The translations under genes were made by a program, and so were the position numbers. 64,000 bases of DNA from Candidatus Multivoradales bacterium (GTDB lineage: Bacteria; Acidobacteriota; Thermoanaerobaculia; Multivoradales; JAHEKO01), in NCBI GenBank assembly GCA_965223155.1, contig CBDCVR010000014.1:160001-224000 (forward strand). Reading direction: 5' to 3'. Numbering within the stretch: position 1 is the first letter of the stretch; the number at the start of each line of letters is the position of its first letter. Below are positions 29,618 through 39,517 of the stretch, piece by piece. The notes below the pieces were generated by a model. It was not told the DNA's origin and ran no database searches. It worked only from the letters and a program-made list of their open reading frames with translations.

Positions 29618-31873
29618 CTACGAGAAGACGATGCGCAGCTCGCGCTCGTGCGGCTCGACCGATAGGACCGCGACCGCCGGGCCCGCCAGGTCGGCAACGA
29701 CGTGGAGGGCGCTGCCCGAGTCGGACTGGTGGAGTCCGGTACGGAGCTGGCGCACCTGGTCGGTGCCCACCGGAACGACTCCGGCCGAATAGGGGCGCTC
29801 GATGCCCCGAATCTTGATGACTTCGCGCGGCGCTCCCTGGCGGATGCGCTCGACCTCGAAGTAGGCGGTCGAGATCGGCGCATTCAGGCGAATGGTCACC
29901 ACCGTCGATCGGCCCTCGCGAGACCAGCGGATGCTCTCGACGACGGTGGCCTGGAGGCCGCCGGCCCGGTCTTGAGCCGGCGGGGCCGCGGCAACGTCGT
30001 CCTCTGCCGCAACCGAAGCCGCCGGCTCGGTGGCCGACTCTTCGGACCCGCTCACTGTCTCGGCGGCGGCCACGCTGTCCTCGGATCCGTCTACCGGCTC
30101 GGCCCCCTCCGATTCGGCGGCGATTCCGGTCCCAGTGCCGTCAGAACTCCCGGCCCCGGTCGAGCCCGCGCCTCGACCCTCGTCGCCCGTCTCCGTGGCA
30201 GCCATCACCTCGCCTTCCGGCGGCGCACCCTCGGGGAGGGCCGCCGGAGCCGCCGCCACCGTCTCGCCTCCCAGTCCAAGCCGTGCCCGAATGACGTCTC
30301 CGTAGACGTAGTAGAGCGCTCCCAGAGCGAGACCGAACAGGGCCAGGAGCGCGATTCGAGTACCCCAGCCGCGTTCGCCCGAGGCGCTGGCGCTTCCGGC
30401 CAGATCGACGCCCGTCAAGTCGTCTTCGTCCGGCATCTCGACGTCGGGCACCGTGGAGAGCTCGGTGGCCATCCGCGCGACGTCGTGAGGCACCACGGGC
30501 TTGGGCAGCCCGATCGAGCTGGACGAGCCAGATGCGTCGGCGGCCATGGGGTCGGTCCCCCCCGGACGATCCAGTGCGGGCGGCGGGTCGAGCGGATCGA
30601 CCGCCGGGGGGATGTCCAGAGACGCCGGCTCGCCGGCCGAAACCAGGTCTTCCGTGCCGGCCGGGGCGAGGTCCGGCTTCGCTCCGGCCGCCTCTTGCCG
30701 GTCGAACCGTGCCGCTTCGGCGGCAAGCATTGCCGCGAGGGGATCGGTGGACGAGCTGGCCCCCGGATCTGTCCCGGGTTCCTCGAGCTCCAGAGCGGGC
30801 GAATCCCCCAGGTCCGAGACCTCCAGAGCCGGGGGGGCCGGCTCGAGCGGCGCAAGCAGATCCGGCGGATCGAGTTGAGGGGAGGGCTCGGACGCCGCGG
30901 TATCGAGGCCGGCGGCCGCGGTACCGGGCGCCGGGTCGAGAGGCAATTCCTCCTGGTCGGGGCGGGCAAGAACCTCGAACTCCTCGCCCTCGCCCGCGTC
31001 CAGGAGTTCGAGAGCGTCCAGGGTCTGCCCCGGTGCCTCCTCGACTGCCGGTTCCAGCGAATCGCCGGCAACCTGCGCCGAGGCGGATTCCCAAGGCGTC
31101 GACCGGTCCTGCTCCTCCGGCTCGGTGGCGGAATTCCGGTGGCCGGAATCCGCTTCGCTCGCCAGCTCCGCTTCCTGGTCCGCCGCCTCGGCCTCGATCA
31201 GCTCGAAGGAACCGGGCTCGGCGGCATCCGACTCGAGGACCTCGCGATCCCCCGACTCGGCGACGGTGTCTGATGCATCCGGCGCCTCCGCCATCCAGCC
31301 GATCCCGGTCGGGATGGCGATCGTCTCCAGGCCCACGGGCTGGTCGAAGACGGTTTCCGAGTCGGCGGCCGATTCGACAGCCGGCTGGATCTCGGCTTCG
31401 GCTTCTGGAGCGAGCCGAAAGAGATCGTCGGCCGAGCCCGAGCCGAAGGGCTCGGGTGTGGCCGGCTCGGCGGCCGCGCTCGCGCCGATCAGGGCCCGCA
31501 GACTGAAAACCTGCCCGCCTTCCTTGGTGTGATTCTCGATCAACCGTGTGATCAGGCGGCGGCTCGGGTCGTCCAACTCGAGGAACTCGAGCGCGGTGCC
31601 TGCGTCGTCTCCGGTGGTGTCCCCGGCGCCTAGCCAAACCACCTTGCCCTTACCCTGCATAAGGCGGAAGTCGTCCTTCAGCCGCACCTCGAAGTCGACG
31701 CGGTCGCCGACCGCGAAGGCCTGGCTCCGCGCCACGTCGGCGTTCTTGACGAACATGCCGCGCTCCGAGATCGAGCCCGAATACGACTGCACGAAGTCGC
31801 GGAAGCTGGGGAACTCGAGAACGATCGACGCCGTTCCGCCCCCGGTCGAAAACACTCGATCGCCCTCGTCCAT
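29618..31873 (-). CDS. PilZ-like (TIGR02266-type) domain protein with acidic linker, TM helix and C-terminal AMIN-like domain
   Basis: FPSFRDFVQSYSGSISERGMFV...GKVVW...ALEF; long D/E/P/A linker; TM IALLALFGLALGALYYV; C-terminal PREVIKIRGI...QLRTGLH...LHVVADL. Confidence 0.7.
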   Translation of the reverse strand: MDEGDRVFSTGGGTASIVLEFPSFRDFVQSYSGSISERGMFVKNADVARSQAFAVGDRVDFEVRLKDDFRLMQGKGKVVWLGAGDTTGDDAGTALEFLELDDPSRRLITRLIENHTKEGGQVFSLRALIGASAAAEPATPEPFGSGSADDLFRLAPEAEAEIQPAVESAADSETVFDQPVGLETIAIPTGIGWMAEAPDASDTVAESGDREVLESDAAEPGSFELIEAEAADQEAELASEADSGHRNSATEPEEQDRSTPWESASAQVAGDSLEPAVEEAPGQTLDALELLDAGEGEEFEVLARPDQEELPLDPAPGTAAAGLDTAASEPSPQLDPPDLLAPLEPAPPALEVSDLGDSPALELEEPGTDPGASSSTDPLAAMLAAEAARFDRQEAAGAKPDLAPAGTEDLVSAGEPASLDIPPAVDPLDPPPALDRPGGTDPMAADASGSSSSIGLPKPVVPHDVARMATELSTVPDVEMPDEDDLTGVDLAGSASASGERGWGTRIALLALFGLALGALYYVYGDVIRARLGLGGETVAAAPAALPEGAPPEGEVMAATETGDEGRGAGSTGAGSSDGTGTGIAAESEGAEPVDGSEDSVAAAETVSGSEESATEPAASVAAEDDVAAAPPAQDRAGGLQATVVESIRWSREGRSTVVTIRLNAPISTAYFEVERIRQGAPREVIKIRGIERPYSAGVVPVGTDQVRQLRTGLHQSDSGSALHVVADLAGPAVAVLSVEPHERELRIVFS

Positions 31874-31950
31874 TGAAGATTCCTCGTCTGATGCCAGGCT
31901 CTATGGGTGGTTCGCGCACCGGCACCAGGACGGTCCGCTGCTCGACGGCA

Positions 31951-32574
31951 TTATAGATCGGCCGGTCCTGGCTTCGACCGCGGGTGCCGTCCGGGCTCGC
32001 AAACACGCTGTCCCGGCGCCGGCATCCCCGGCTCGAGGTCGATGCCGACGCCGTCGGCGAGCCGGTTGTAGTACGAAAACAAGCCCACGACCTGGATGAT
32101 GTCGAGGATGGCACCGTCGTCGAATCCCGCCCCGCGCAGCTCTTCGACGTCGGTCTCCTCCACTGTCGCCGGCCTCAGCGTCAGCTTCTCGACAAAGGCC
32201 AGCATGGAGCGGTCCGCAGACGTCAGCGCGGCTGAGTCGCCGCCGTACTTGGCCGCGTCCACTAGCTCGCTCGCGCCTGCCTGATCCTGAACCTCGGCCC
32301 GGAGGTCCTCGCCGTGCGCCTCGGTTCAGTAGTGGCAATGGTTATGCCGCGAGACCACGGTGGCGATCAACTCGCGCCGCGCCCGAGACAGAGCGCTGTC
32401 CTTCGAATGCATGACTTCCAGATAGAGCTGAGTCGATACCTTCAAGGCCCGCGGACGCAGGCTTTGCACCCGGATAATCTGGAACACCTTGCCGGCTCTG
32501 CGCACCGCCGCGCCGTACAGACGGCCGAGCAGTCCGGTGGCCTCTTCGGGAGCCACGGTCCGTATCCACGCCAT
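31951..32574 (-). CDS. AhpD/CMD-family peroxidase-related selenoprotein (CxxU, UGA at 32326-32328)
   Basis: ORFs 32326-32574 and 31951-32262 are in one frame across a single TGA: RELIATVVSRHNHCHY-U-TEAHGEDL...FVEKLTLRP...NRLADGVG. Confidence 0.85.
32290..32328 (-). promoter_or_regulatory. Candidate bacterial SECIS hairpin
   Basis: UGA ACCGAGGCGCACGGCGAG GACCTC-CGGGCC-GAGGTT: stem-loop whose loop starts 24 nt after the UGA, with G at loop position 2. Confidence 0.6.
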
Positions 32575-32695
32575 GGTACCGGCATCGAACTACAACAGGT
32601 CGAACCTGTCAAGGACGGGCTCCGCCATGCCAAGGATTGGCCGAGACACGACACCCGCTTGGCGCCGGAGCCGCGACGAGAGACAATCCGCGGCA

Positions 32696-34000
32696 ATGCG
32701 CGAAGTCTTGGACGGGTACTTCGGCATCAGCCGAAGCGGCTCGACGTTCGGCACCGAGGTCCGGGCCGGCATCGTCACCTTCCTGACGATGGCCTACATC
32801 CTTTTCGTCAATCCCCAGATCCTGTCCGAAGCGGGCATGCCCGCGACCGACGTGGCAGCAGCCACGGCACTGGCCGCCGCCTGCGCCTGCCTGGTCATGG
32901 GGCTCGTTGCCCGCTACCCGTTCGCTCTGGCTCCGGGCATGGGCCTCAACGCCTACTTCACCTACGGCGTCGTCCACGGGCTGGGCGTCTCTTGGCAACT
33001 GGCTCTGACGGCCGTGTTCGTCGAGGGCCTGCTGTTTCTGGCCTTGGCGGTCACAGGCGCGCGTACCGCTCTCATGAACGCCGTGCCCCGAGCGATCCGA
33101 ATCGCCGCGATGGCCGGCATCGGTCTCTTCCTGGCCACCATCGGCCTGAGCGGCGCGGGCATCGTGGTCGATGACCCGGCGACTCTGGTCGCCTTGGGCG
33201 ACGTCTCACAGCCGGAGGTCTGGTTGGCGCTGGCGGGACTGGTGCTAATGACGGCGCTTCTGGCCTCGGGCTTCCGGGGCGCGCTCCTGGTGGGCATCGC
33301 CGCGGTGACCATCGCCTCCTGGCTCGGCGGGTGGGCGCCGGCGCCGGAGGCCCTTCTGAGCTGGCCCCGACTCCCGACCGAGACCTTCGCCGCCTTCGAT
33401 TGGTCCCATCTGCTGACCGGCAAGCTGGCACTCGTGGTCCTCGCGTTCCTTTTCGTCGATATCTTCGACACCGCCGGCACCCTGTTGGGCCTGGGCCGCT
33501 TGGGCGGCTTCCTGGACTCGGCCGGCGAGCTGCCCCGAGCCAATCGGGCCTTCGCCGCCGACGCCACGGGCACGGCGGTCGGAGCGCTCTTCGGTACCAG
33601 CACGGTGACGAGCTACGTTGAAAGCGCCAGTGGCATCGAGGAAGGCGGTAGGACCGGTCTCACCGCGGTGGTCGTGGGCCTTGCCTTCCTGGCCTCGATG
33701 TTCGCCACGCCGCTGGCGACGGCGGTGCCGGTGGCGGCCACCGCCCCGGCCCTGATCCTGGTCGGCGCGATGATGATGCGCGGTACCAACGCGATCGACT
33801 GGGACCGCTACGACGAAGCGATCCCGGCCTTCATTACCATGATCGTGATGCCGCTGACCTACTCGATCGCCAACGGCATTTGCTTTGGAATCGTCACGTA
33901 TGTGGTTCTCAAGATCCTGCGCGGCCGCTTCGGCGAACTTCGGCCGATGCTGGTGCTTCTCGCTCTCGCCATCGCCGCCTACTACGGACTCAGGGCGTAA
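32696..34000 (+). CDS. NCS2/AzgA-family adenine/guanine permease
   Basis: TEVRAGIVTFLTMAYILFVNP, APGMGLNAYF, FDTAGT, YVESASGIEEGGRTGLTA. Confidence 0.92.
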   Translation: MREVLDGYFGISRSGSTFGTEVRAGIVTFLTMAYILFVNPQILSEAGMPATDVAAATALAAACACLVMGLVARYPFALAPGMGLNAYFTYGVVHGLGVSWQLALTAVFVEGLLFLALAVTGARTALMNAVPRAIRIAAMAGIGLFLATIGLSGAGIVVDDPATLVALGDVSQPEVWLALAGLVLMTALLASGFRGALLVGIAAVTIASWLGGWAPAPEALLSWPRLPTETFAAFDWSHLLTGKLALVVLAFLFVDIFDTAGTLLGLGRLGGFLDSAGELPRANRAFAADATGTAVGALFGTSTVTSYVESASGIEEGGRTGLTAVVVGLAFLASMFATPLATAVPVAATAPALILVGAMMMRGTNAIDWDRYDEAIPAFITMIVMPLTYSIANGICFGIVTYVVLKILRGRFGELRPMLVLLALAIAAYYGLRA

Positions 34001-34062
34001 GACTCGGGCAGATAGAATGCGCTGCAATATGCGTCTCCTGACCCGAACCCGAAGAAGCGATC

Positions 34063-35766
34063 GTGGACGTCCCTGAGCTCATCCGGCACGCCCGCGGCGA
34101 CGAGCCCGCCGACCTCCTCTTGGCCAACGGCCGGGTGGTCAACGTCCTGAGCGGCGAGGTCCACGAGACGGACATCGCCGTCGTCCGTACCCGCATCGTG
34201 GGCTTGGGAGGCTACCGCGCCAAGCGCACCGTAGATCTCGACGGCGCCTACGTCGCGCCCGGACTGATCGACGCCCACGTCCACGTCGAGAGCAGCCTCG
34301 TGCCGCCGGCCGAATTCGCCCGGGCGGTCGTGCCCAGCGGCACCACGACCGTGGTCACGGACCCGCACGAAATCGCCAACGTGCTGGGCCTCGACGGCAT
34401 TCGGTTCATGTTCGAGAGTGCCAAGCGGGGCCCCCTCAGCATGTACGTCATGGCCTCGTCCTGCGTGCCCGCCACCGACATGGAAACCAACGGCGCGACT
34501 CTCCGCTCCTACGATCTCGCATCCTTCCGAGCCGATCCCTGGGTGCTGGGCCTGGCCGAGGTGATGAACTTCCCGGGCGTCATCCACGGCGATCCGGAGG
34601 TCATGGAAAAGATTCGGGGGTTTTCGGATCTCGTCATCGACGGCCACTGCCCCGGACTCTCGGGCAAGGAGCTCGCCGCCTACGTCACGGCCGGTTGCGA
34701 GTCGGACCACGAGTGCACCTCCGTCGAAGAAGCCCTCGAAAAGCTCCGCTTGGGGTTGACCATCTTCATTCGGGAGGCCACCAACGCCCGCAACTTGAAG
34801 ACCCTGCTGCCGATGGTCACGGCCGAGAATCACCATCGCATCTGCTTCTGCACGGACGACCGGCAACCTGCCGATCTCCTCGACGAAGGCCACATCGACT
34901 TCATGGTGCGGACCGCCATCCAGGAGGGCATCGATCCGATCCAAGCCCTACGCATGGCGACCTGGAACACGGCGCAGTACTTCCGGCTTCGAGACCGGGG
35001 CGCCATCACCCCCGGACGGCGGGCCGACCTCATCGTCTTCGACGACTTGGAGGCGCCGCGGGCGAAGGCCGTCTATCGGGGCGGCCAGCTCGTGGCCGAG
35101 AACGGGGCGATGGCGGTGCCGACGCCCGAACGGCCGCCCTATCCGCTCCGCAACACCATGAACGTCAACTGGGAACGGGTCGATTTCGCGATCCCGGCCG
35201 AGGGCGAGGAAGTCCGGGTGATCGGCGTCGTCCCGGACCAACTGGTGACCAAGGCGTTGTCGGCGCGGCCGCCGATCCACGACGGCTGGGCGCTGGCCGA
35301 CCCGGAGCGGAATCTTCTCAAGATCGCGGTCATCGAACGCCACCGGTCCACTGGCGGCGTCGGCAAGGGTTTCGTCCAGGGCTTGGGTCTCCGCCGCGGC
35401 GCTCTGGCCACCTCGGTTGCGCACGACCACCACAATCTGATCGTGGTCGGCGCCGACGACTCTTCGATGTGGACGGCGGCGCGACGTACCGCTGATCTGG
35501 GTGGCGGCATGGTGGTCGCGGAGGGCGGCGAGGTACTGGCCGAGGTACCACTGCCTTATGCCGGCCTGATGAGCGACGAGCCCATCCAGGTCGTGCGGGA
35601 CCAACTGGACCGGGCCATCTCGGCAGCCCGCGGCCTGGGGTCGGAGCTTCACGATCCCTTCATGGCCCTGAGCTTCCTGGGCCTCGAAGTGATCCCGTCG
35701 CTCAAGCTGACCGATCACGGCCTGGTCGACGTCGACCGGTTCGAGATCGTGCCGCTTTGGGCATGA
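34063..35766 (+). CDS. ade: Adenine deaminase
   Basis: PGLIDAHVHVESS, DPHEIANV, LAEVMNFPG, DGHCP, SDHEC, CTDD, SVAHDHHN. Confidence 0.95.
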   Translation: MDVPELIRHARGDEPADLLLANGRVVNVLSGEVHETDIAVVRTRIVGLGGYRAKRTVDLDGAYVAPGLIDAHVHVESSLVPPAEFARAVVPSGTTTVVTDPHEIANVLGLDGIRFMFESAKRGPLSMYVMASSCVPATDMETNGATLRSYDLASFRADPWVLGLAEVMNFPGVIHGDPEVMEKIRGFSDLVIDGHCPGLSGKELAAYVTAGCESDHECTSVEEALEKLRLGLTIFIREATNARNLKTLLPMVTAENHHRICFCTDDRQPADLLDEGHIDFMVRTAIQEGIDPIQALRMATWNTAQYFRLRDRGAITPGRRADLIVFDDLEAPRAKAVYRGGQLVAENGAMAVPTPERPPYPLRNTMNVNWERVDFAIPAEGEEVRVIGVVPDQLVTKALSARPPIHDGWALADPERNLLKIAVIERHRSTGGVGKGFVQGLGLRRGALATSVAHDHHNLIVVGADDSSMWTAARRTADLGGGMVVAEGGEVLAEVPLPYAGLMSDEPIQVVRDQLDRAISAARGLGSELHDPFMALSFLGLEVIPSLKLTDHGLVDVDRFEIVPLWA

Positions 35767-35833
35767 CCGACGAGCACGCGGTCTCAACGCCCGTGCCGCC
35801 CGCGCGCGGACCCGCACCCCGGCCCGGGCAGAC

Positions 35834-37852
35834 ATGACCAACCCGCCGCGCCTGATCGTGCGGGGCGAGCGCGTCCTGGTCGAGGACCGACTCCAGCCGG
35901 CCGCGATCGTCATCCAGGACGGCCGGATCGTCGGCGTCGAAGCCGGCAGCGAGAGCGCCGGGAGCTCAGGGAAGACCGAGGGACCGACCTGGCTCGACGC
36001 CGGGGATCTGGTCGTCTTCCCGGGCTTGGTCGATGCCCACGTCCACTGCAACGAACCGGGACGTACCGACTGGGAAGGGTTCGCCACCGCCACCCGAGCC
36101 GCGGCCGCCGGCGGCATCACGGCCCTGGTGGACATGCCTCTTAACGCCGTCCCCGCCACCACGACGGCAGCCGCGCTCCGCGCCAAGCTGGAAGCGGCGG
36201 CGAGTTCGGGCCTAACCGTCGACGTCGGGTTCTGGGGCGGCATCGTGCCCGGCAACCTCGAGCACCTCGGTCCCCTGGCCGCGGGCGGCGTCTTGGGGTT
36301 CAAGGCCTTCCTGGTGGACTCCGGCGTGCCCGAGTTTCCGGCCACCGGCTGGAGGGAGCTCGAGCGGGCCGCTCGGCGGCTTGCCGAGTTGGATCTGCCG
36401 CTCCTGGTCCACGCCGAGGATCCAGACGAGCTCCTGGATCCGCCGGCGGCCGTCGCCGACAGCACGGGCCGGGCCGACTACCGCGCCTATCTCGACTCCC
36501 GGCCGGCCTTCTCCGAGATCTCGGCCATCCGCGGTCTCCTGGCCCTGGCCGAGCGCACCGGGGTGAGGCTTCACGTCGTCCACCTGGCGGCACCCGAGGC
36601 CTTGAAGGAAGTTCAGGCGGCACAGCGGCGCGACGTCGCGGTCACGGTCGAGACTTGTCCGCACTACCTCACCTTCGCTGCCGAGGACGTTCCGGACGGC
36701 GGGGTCGTCTGGAAATGCGCGCCGCCGATTCGAGAGCGCAGCCACCGCGATGCCCTGCGTCGCGGACTTCTTGCCGACGCCATCGGTCTCGTCGGCAGCG
36801 ACCACTCGCCCGCCCCACCTGGCCGCAAGCGCATTGAAGAAGGAGACTTTTTCGCCGCCTGGGGCGGCATCGCCTCTCTTCAGCTCCTCCTGCCGGCGAC
36901 CTGGACGGCGATGCGTCCTCTCGGCTGTCCGCCCGAAGCCCTCGGTCGATGGCTCGCGGCCCGACCCGCGAGTCTGGCCGGTCTCGCCGACCGAAAGGGA
37001 ACGATCGCCGAGGGCCGTGACGCCGATCTCGTTTTCTGGAATCCGGACCGCAGCTTCGTGGTCGATGGCCAGCGGCTGGAGCATCGCCATCCGGCGACGC
37101 CCTACGAAGGCACCACCCTGTACGGGGTGGTCGAGCGAACCCTGGTGCGGGGCCGTACCGTCTTCGGAGACGGATCGCCGCGGCCTGCGACGGAGCCCGG
37201 GATCGAACCCACCCGTCACGGACGCGTCCTCCTCGGCAGGACGGCGCTCGAAGACCCGGCTGGCCCCGCCGAGACCGCCACCGGAGCTCCCGGGCCGAGT
37301 CTCCAACGTGCCTCTGAACACGAGTCCGAGCCCCGAGACGCATCGAGTTCCGTGCCAGCCTGTATCGATCTCGCCGTCTTCAACCGGCTCGATCCGGAGA
37401 CGGCGAAAGCCGGCCTCCTATTCTGCTGCGGCAGCACCCGCTGGGCACAAGCAATGAGTGACCGCCGTCCCTATGCCGACCTTCAAGACCTGCGGGATGC
37501 GGCCGATACCGTGTGGCGATCGCTCGATCCAGCTGACTGGCTGGAGGCCTTCGCCGCCCACCCCCGCATCGGCGAGCGGCCGTCCGGCGGCGCCGGTTGG
37601 TCTCGGGCCGAGCAGGCCGGAGCGCTGACGGCGGGCGAAGTCGTCCGGCAGCGCCTGGAGAGCGTCAACCGCGAATACGAGGACCACTTCGGCCACGTCT
37701 TTCTCATCTGCGCGACCGGCCGGAGCGGCAAGGAAATGCTGGCAGAGGCCGAGCGCAGGCTGGCGAACCCACCCGAAGAAGAGCTTGCCGCCGCCGCTCG
37801 AGAACAAAGTAAGATCACGGCCCTGAGACTCGAGAAGTGGATTCGGAAATGA
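35834..37852 (+). CDS. allB: Allantoinase fused to OHCU decarboxylase (AllB-UraD)
   Basis: DAHVHCNEPGRTDWEGF, DMPLN, ETCPHYL, KCAPPIR, SDHSP, AWGGI; C-terminal CCGSTRW, AFAAHPRIG, SRAEQ, YEDHFGHVFLICATG. Confidence 0.92.
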   Translation: MTNPPRLIVRGERVLVEDRLQPAAIVIQDGRIVGVEAGSESAGSSGKTEGPTWLDAGDLVVFPGLVDAHVHCNEPGRTDWEGFATATRAAAAGGITALVDMPLNAVPATTTAAALRAKLEAAASSGLTVDVGFWGGIVPGNLEHLGPLAAGGVLGFKAFLVDSGVPEFPATGWRELERAARRLAELDLPLLVHAEDPDELLDPPAAVADSTGRADYRAYLDSRPAFSEISAIRGLLALAERTGVRLHVVHLAAPEALKEVQAAQRRDVAVTVETCPHYLTFAAEDVPDGGVVWKCAPPIRERSHRDALRRGLLADAIGLVGSDHSPAPPGRKRIEEGDFFAAWGGIASLQLLLPATWTAMRPLGCPPEALGRWLAARPASLAGLADRKGTIAEGRDADLVFWNPDRSFVVDGQRLEHRHPATPYEGTTLYGVVERTLVRGRTVFGDGSPRPATEPGIEPTRHGRVLLGRTALEDPAGPAETATGAPGPSLQRASEHESEPRDASSSVPACIDLAVFNRLDPETAKAGLLFCCGSTRWAQAMSDRRPYADLQDLRDAADTVWRSLDPADWLEAFAAHPRIGERPSGGAGWSRAEQAGALTAGEVVRQRLESVNREYEDHFGHVFLICATGRSGKEMLAEAERRLANPPEEELAAAAREQSKITALRLEKWIRK

Positions 37853-38193
37853 GCGCAATCACCACCCACGTTCTGGACACACAAGCGGGACGTCCCGCCG
37901 AGGGCATCGGCGTCGTTCTCGAGCTGCGCTCCAAGGATGAGCAGTGGCGCATCTTGGGGCGGGGCCGGACCGACGAGGACGGCCGCGTCGGCGATCTTCT
38001 GGCGCCGGACACTCCATTGCGTCCGGCCATCTACCGGCTGACCTTTGCCGTCTCCACGTACTTCGAGGAGCGGCAGGTTCCCGCCTTCTACCCTCAGATC
38101 GTCATCACCTTCCGGGTCCAGCAGCCGACCGAGCACTACCATGTGCCGGTCTTGCTGAGCCCGTTCGGCTACACGACCTATCGCGGTTCCTAG
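37849..38193 (+). CDS. uraH: 5-hydroxyisourate hydrolase
   Basis: ITTHVLD, TDEDGR, FYP, HYHVPVLLSPFGYTTYRGS; ATGA overlap with the upstream stop. Confidence 0.95.
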   Translation: MSAITTHVLDTQAGRPAEGIGVVLELRSKDEQWRILGRGRTDEDGRVGDLLAPDTPLRPAIYRLTFAVSTYFEERQVPAFYPQIVITFRVQQPTEHYHVPVLLSPFGYTTYRGS

Positions 38194-39065
38194 GAGCTTG
38201 GCGAAAGACCCGAGCCGGCGTCGGACGCGAACCCTTCTAAGGCCAGGCGCCGGACCACCCGTTCGAGCGCGAAGCGCCGGTACTCGGCCGTCGAGCGAAC
38301 GTCGTCGATGGGCGTCACCTGGGCCGCCGCTTGCCACCCCAGCCAGGTCGCGGTTTCCTTGGTAGCTGGGCGGCCTAGGGCTTCCTGACCGATCGCCCCG
38401 AACAGAACGGGCACCGGAGCCACGCTGCCCGCCGCCAGCCGAAGCTCGGCGACCCGGCCGTCCTCGACCCGGCTCACAAGCGCCACGACCACCTTGCTGA
38501 TGGCCTGGGCCAACCGTGTGCCGACCTTGCGGAAGAGCTGGCGCGAACCCTCGGCCTGGGCCGGCAAGTGGAAGGCTCGCACCAGCTCTCCCGGGCGCAA
38601 GGCGGTCTCTCGATACCCGACGTGAAAGTCGCTGTACTCGATCGCCCGCTCGCCGCCCGGGCCGGCAACCAGCACCCGCGCGCTCAGCGCCAGCAGTACC
38701 GGCAAGGAATCGCCCGCCGGCGAGGCGTTGACGACGTTGCCTCCCAGGGTCGCGCGGTTCTGGATCTGCCAGCCGCCAATCGAGGCCGCCGCTCGGGCCA
38801 AGGCCGGCGCGTGGCGCAGCACCGCTGCCGAGCCGCGAATCTCAGTGAACGTGGTGCCGGCCCCGATCTCGAGGCCCTCGCGGGACTCGGTGACGCCTCG
38901 CAGCTCGGCGATGCCGGAAAGATCCAACACCCCTCCCACGGTTCCGGAGCGGGCCGCCTCCTGCACCATCAGATCGGTGCAGCCGGCCAGCGGGGTCAGC
39001 TCGGGATCCGTGGCCAGCGCGCTCACGGCCTCGGCGAGCGTCCGCGGCGCAAGTGCGGTCCTCAA
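38190..39065 (-). CDS. Xanthine dehydrogenase-family FAD-binding subunit
   Basis: LAGCTDL, IGGWQIQNRATLGGNVVNASPAGD, KVGTRLAQAISK, TPIDDVRSTAEYR; probable TTG start at 39065 overlapping the upstream stop. Confidence 0.9.
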   Translation of the reverse strand: MRTALAPRTLAEAVSALATDPELTPLAGCTDLMVQEAARSGTVGGVLDLSGIAELRGVTESREGLEIGAGTTFTEIRGSAAVLRHAPALARAAASIGGWQIQNRATLGGNVVNASPAGDSLPVLLALSARVLVAGPGGERAIEYSDFHVGYRETALRPGELVRAFHLPAQAEGSRQLFRKVGTRLAQAISKVVVALVSRVEDGRVAELRLAAGSVAPVPVLFGAIGQEALGRPATKETATWLGWQAAAQVTPIDDVRSTAEYRRFALERVVRRLALEGFASDAGSGLSPSS

Positions 39066-39517
39066 ACCTCCTCTTCCTCCTTCACGACCAGACATCGGTA
39101 GATCCCTTCGTAGCCCGTGCACCGGCACAGGTTGCCAGCGAGCTTGTCCTGGACCTCTTCGCGGCTGAGCCGGGGCTGGTCTTGGAGAAGAGCGTGAGCG
39201 GTGACCACGATCCCCGGCGTGCAGGCGCCGCACTGCACTCCGCCTGTCTCGACGAAGCGGCGCAGGAACTCGTCGGCCTCGGGACCCAGGCCCTCGACCG
39301 TGGTGATGCGGCGCCCGGCGCACTGCATCAGCGGAATCAGACAGGCCAGCTCCGGCCGACCGTCGACGAGCACAGTGCAGGCTCCGCATTCGCCCTCGCC
39401 ACACCCTTCTTTGGTGCCGGTAAGGCCCAGCTCTTCGCGTAGCACGTCCAGCAAACGCGCCAGGGGCTCGCCTTCGACCGAATGCGAACGGCCATTGACG
39501 TCCAGGGTGAGCTCCAT
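39062..39517 (-). CDS. Xanthine dehydrogenase-family 2Fe-2S subunit
   Basis: GTKEGCGEGECGACTV, QCGACTPG, GNLCRCTGY. Confidence 0.95.
   Translation of the reverse strand: MELTLDVNGRSHSVEGEPLARLLDVLREELGLTGTKEGCGEGECGACTVLVDGRPELACLIPLMQCAGRRITTVEGLGPEADEFLRRFVETGGVQCGACTPGIVVTAHALLQDQPRLSREEVQDKLAGNLCRCTGYEGIYRCLVVKEEEEV

Noticed and set aside
32575-32695. Purine riboswitch upstream of the permease
   Set aside because: No recognisable purine-aptamer consensus in this short divergent spacer.
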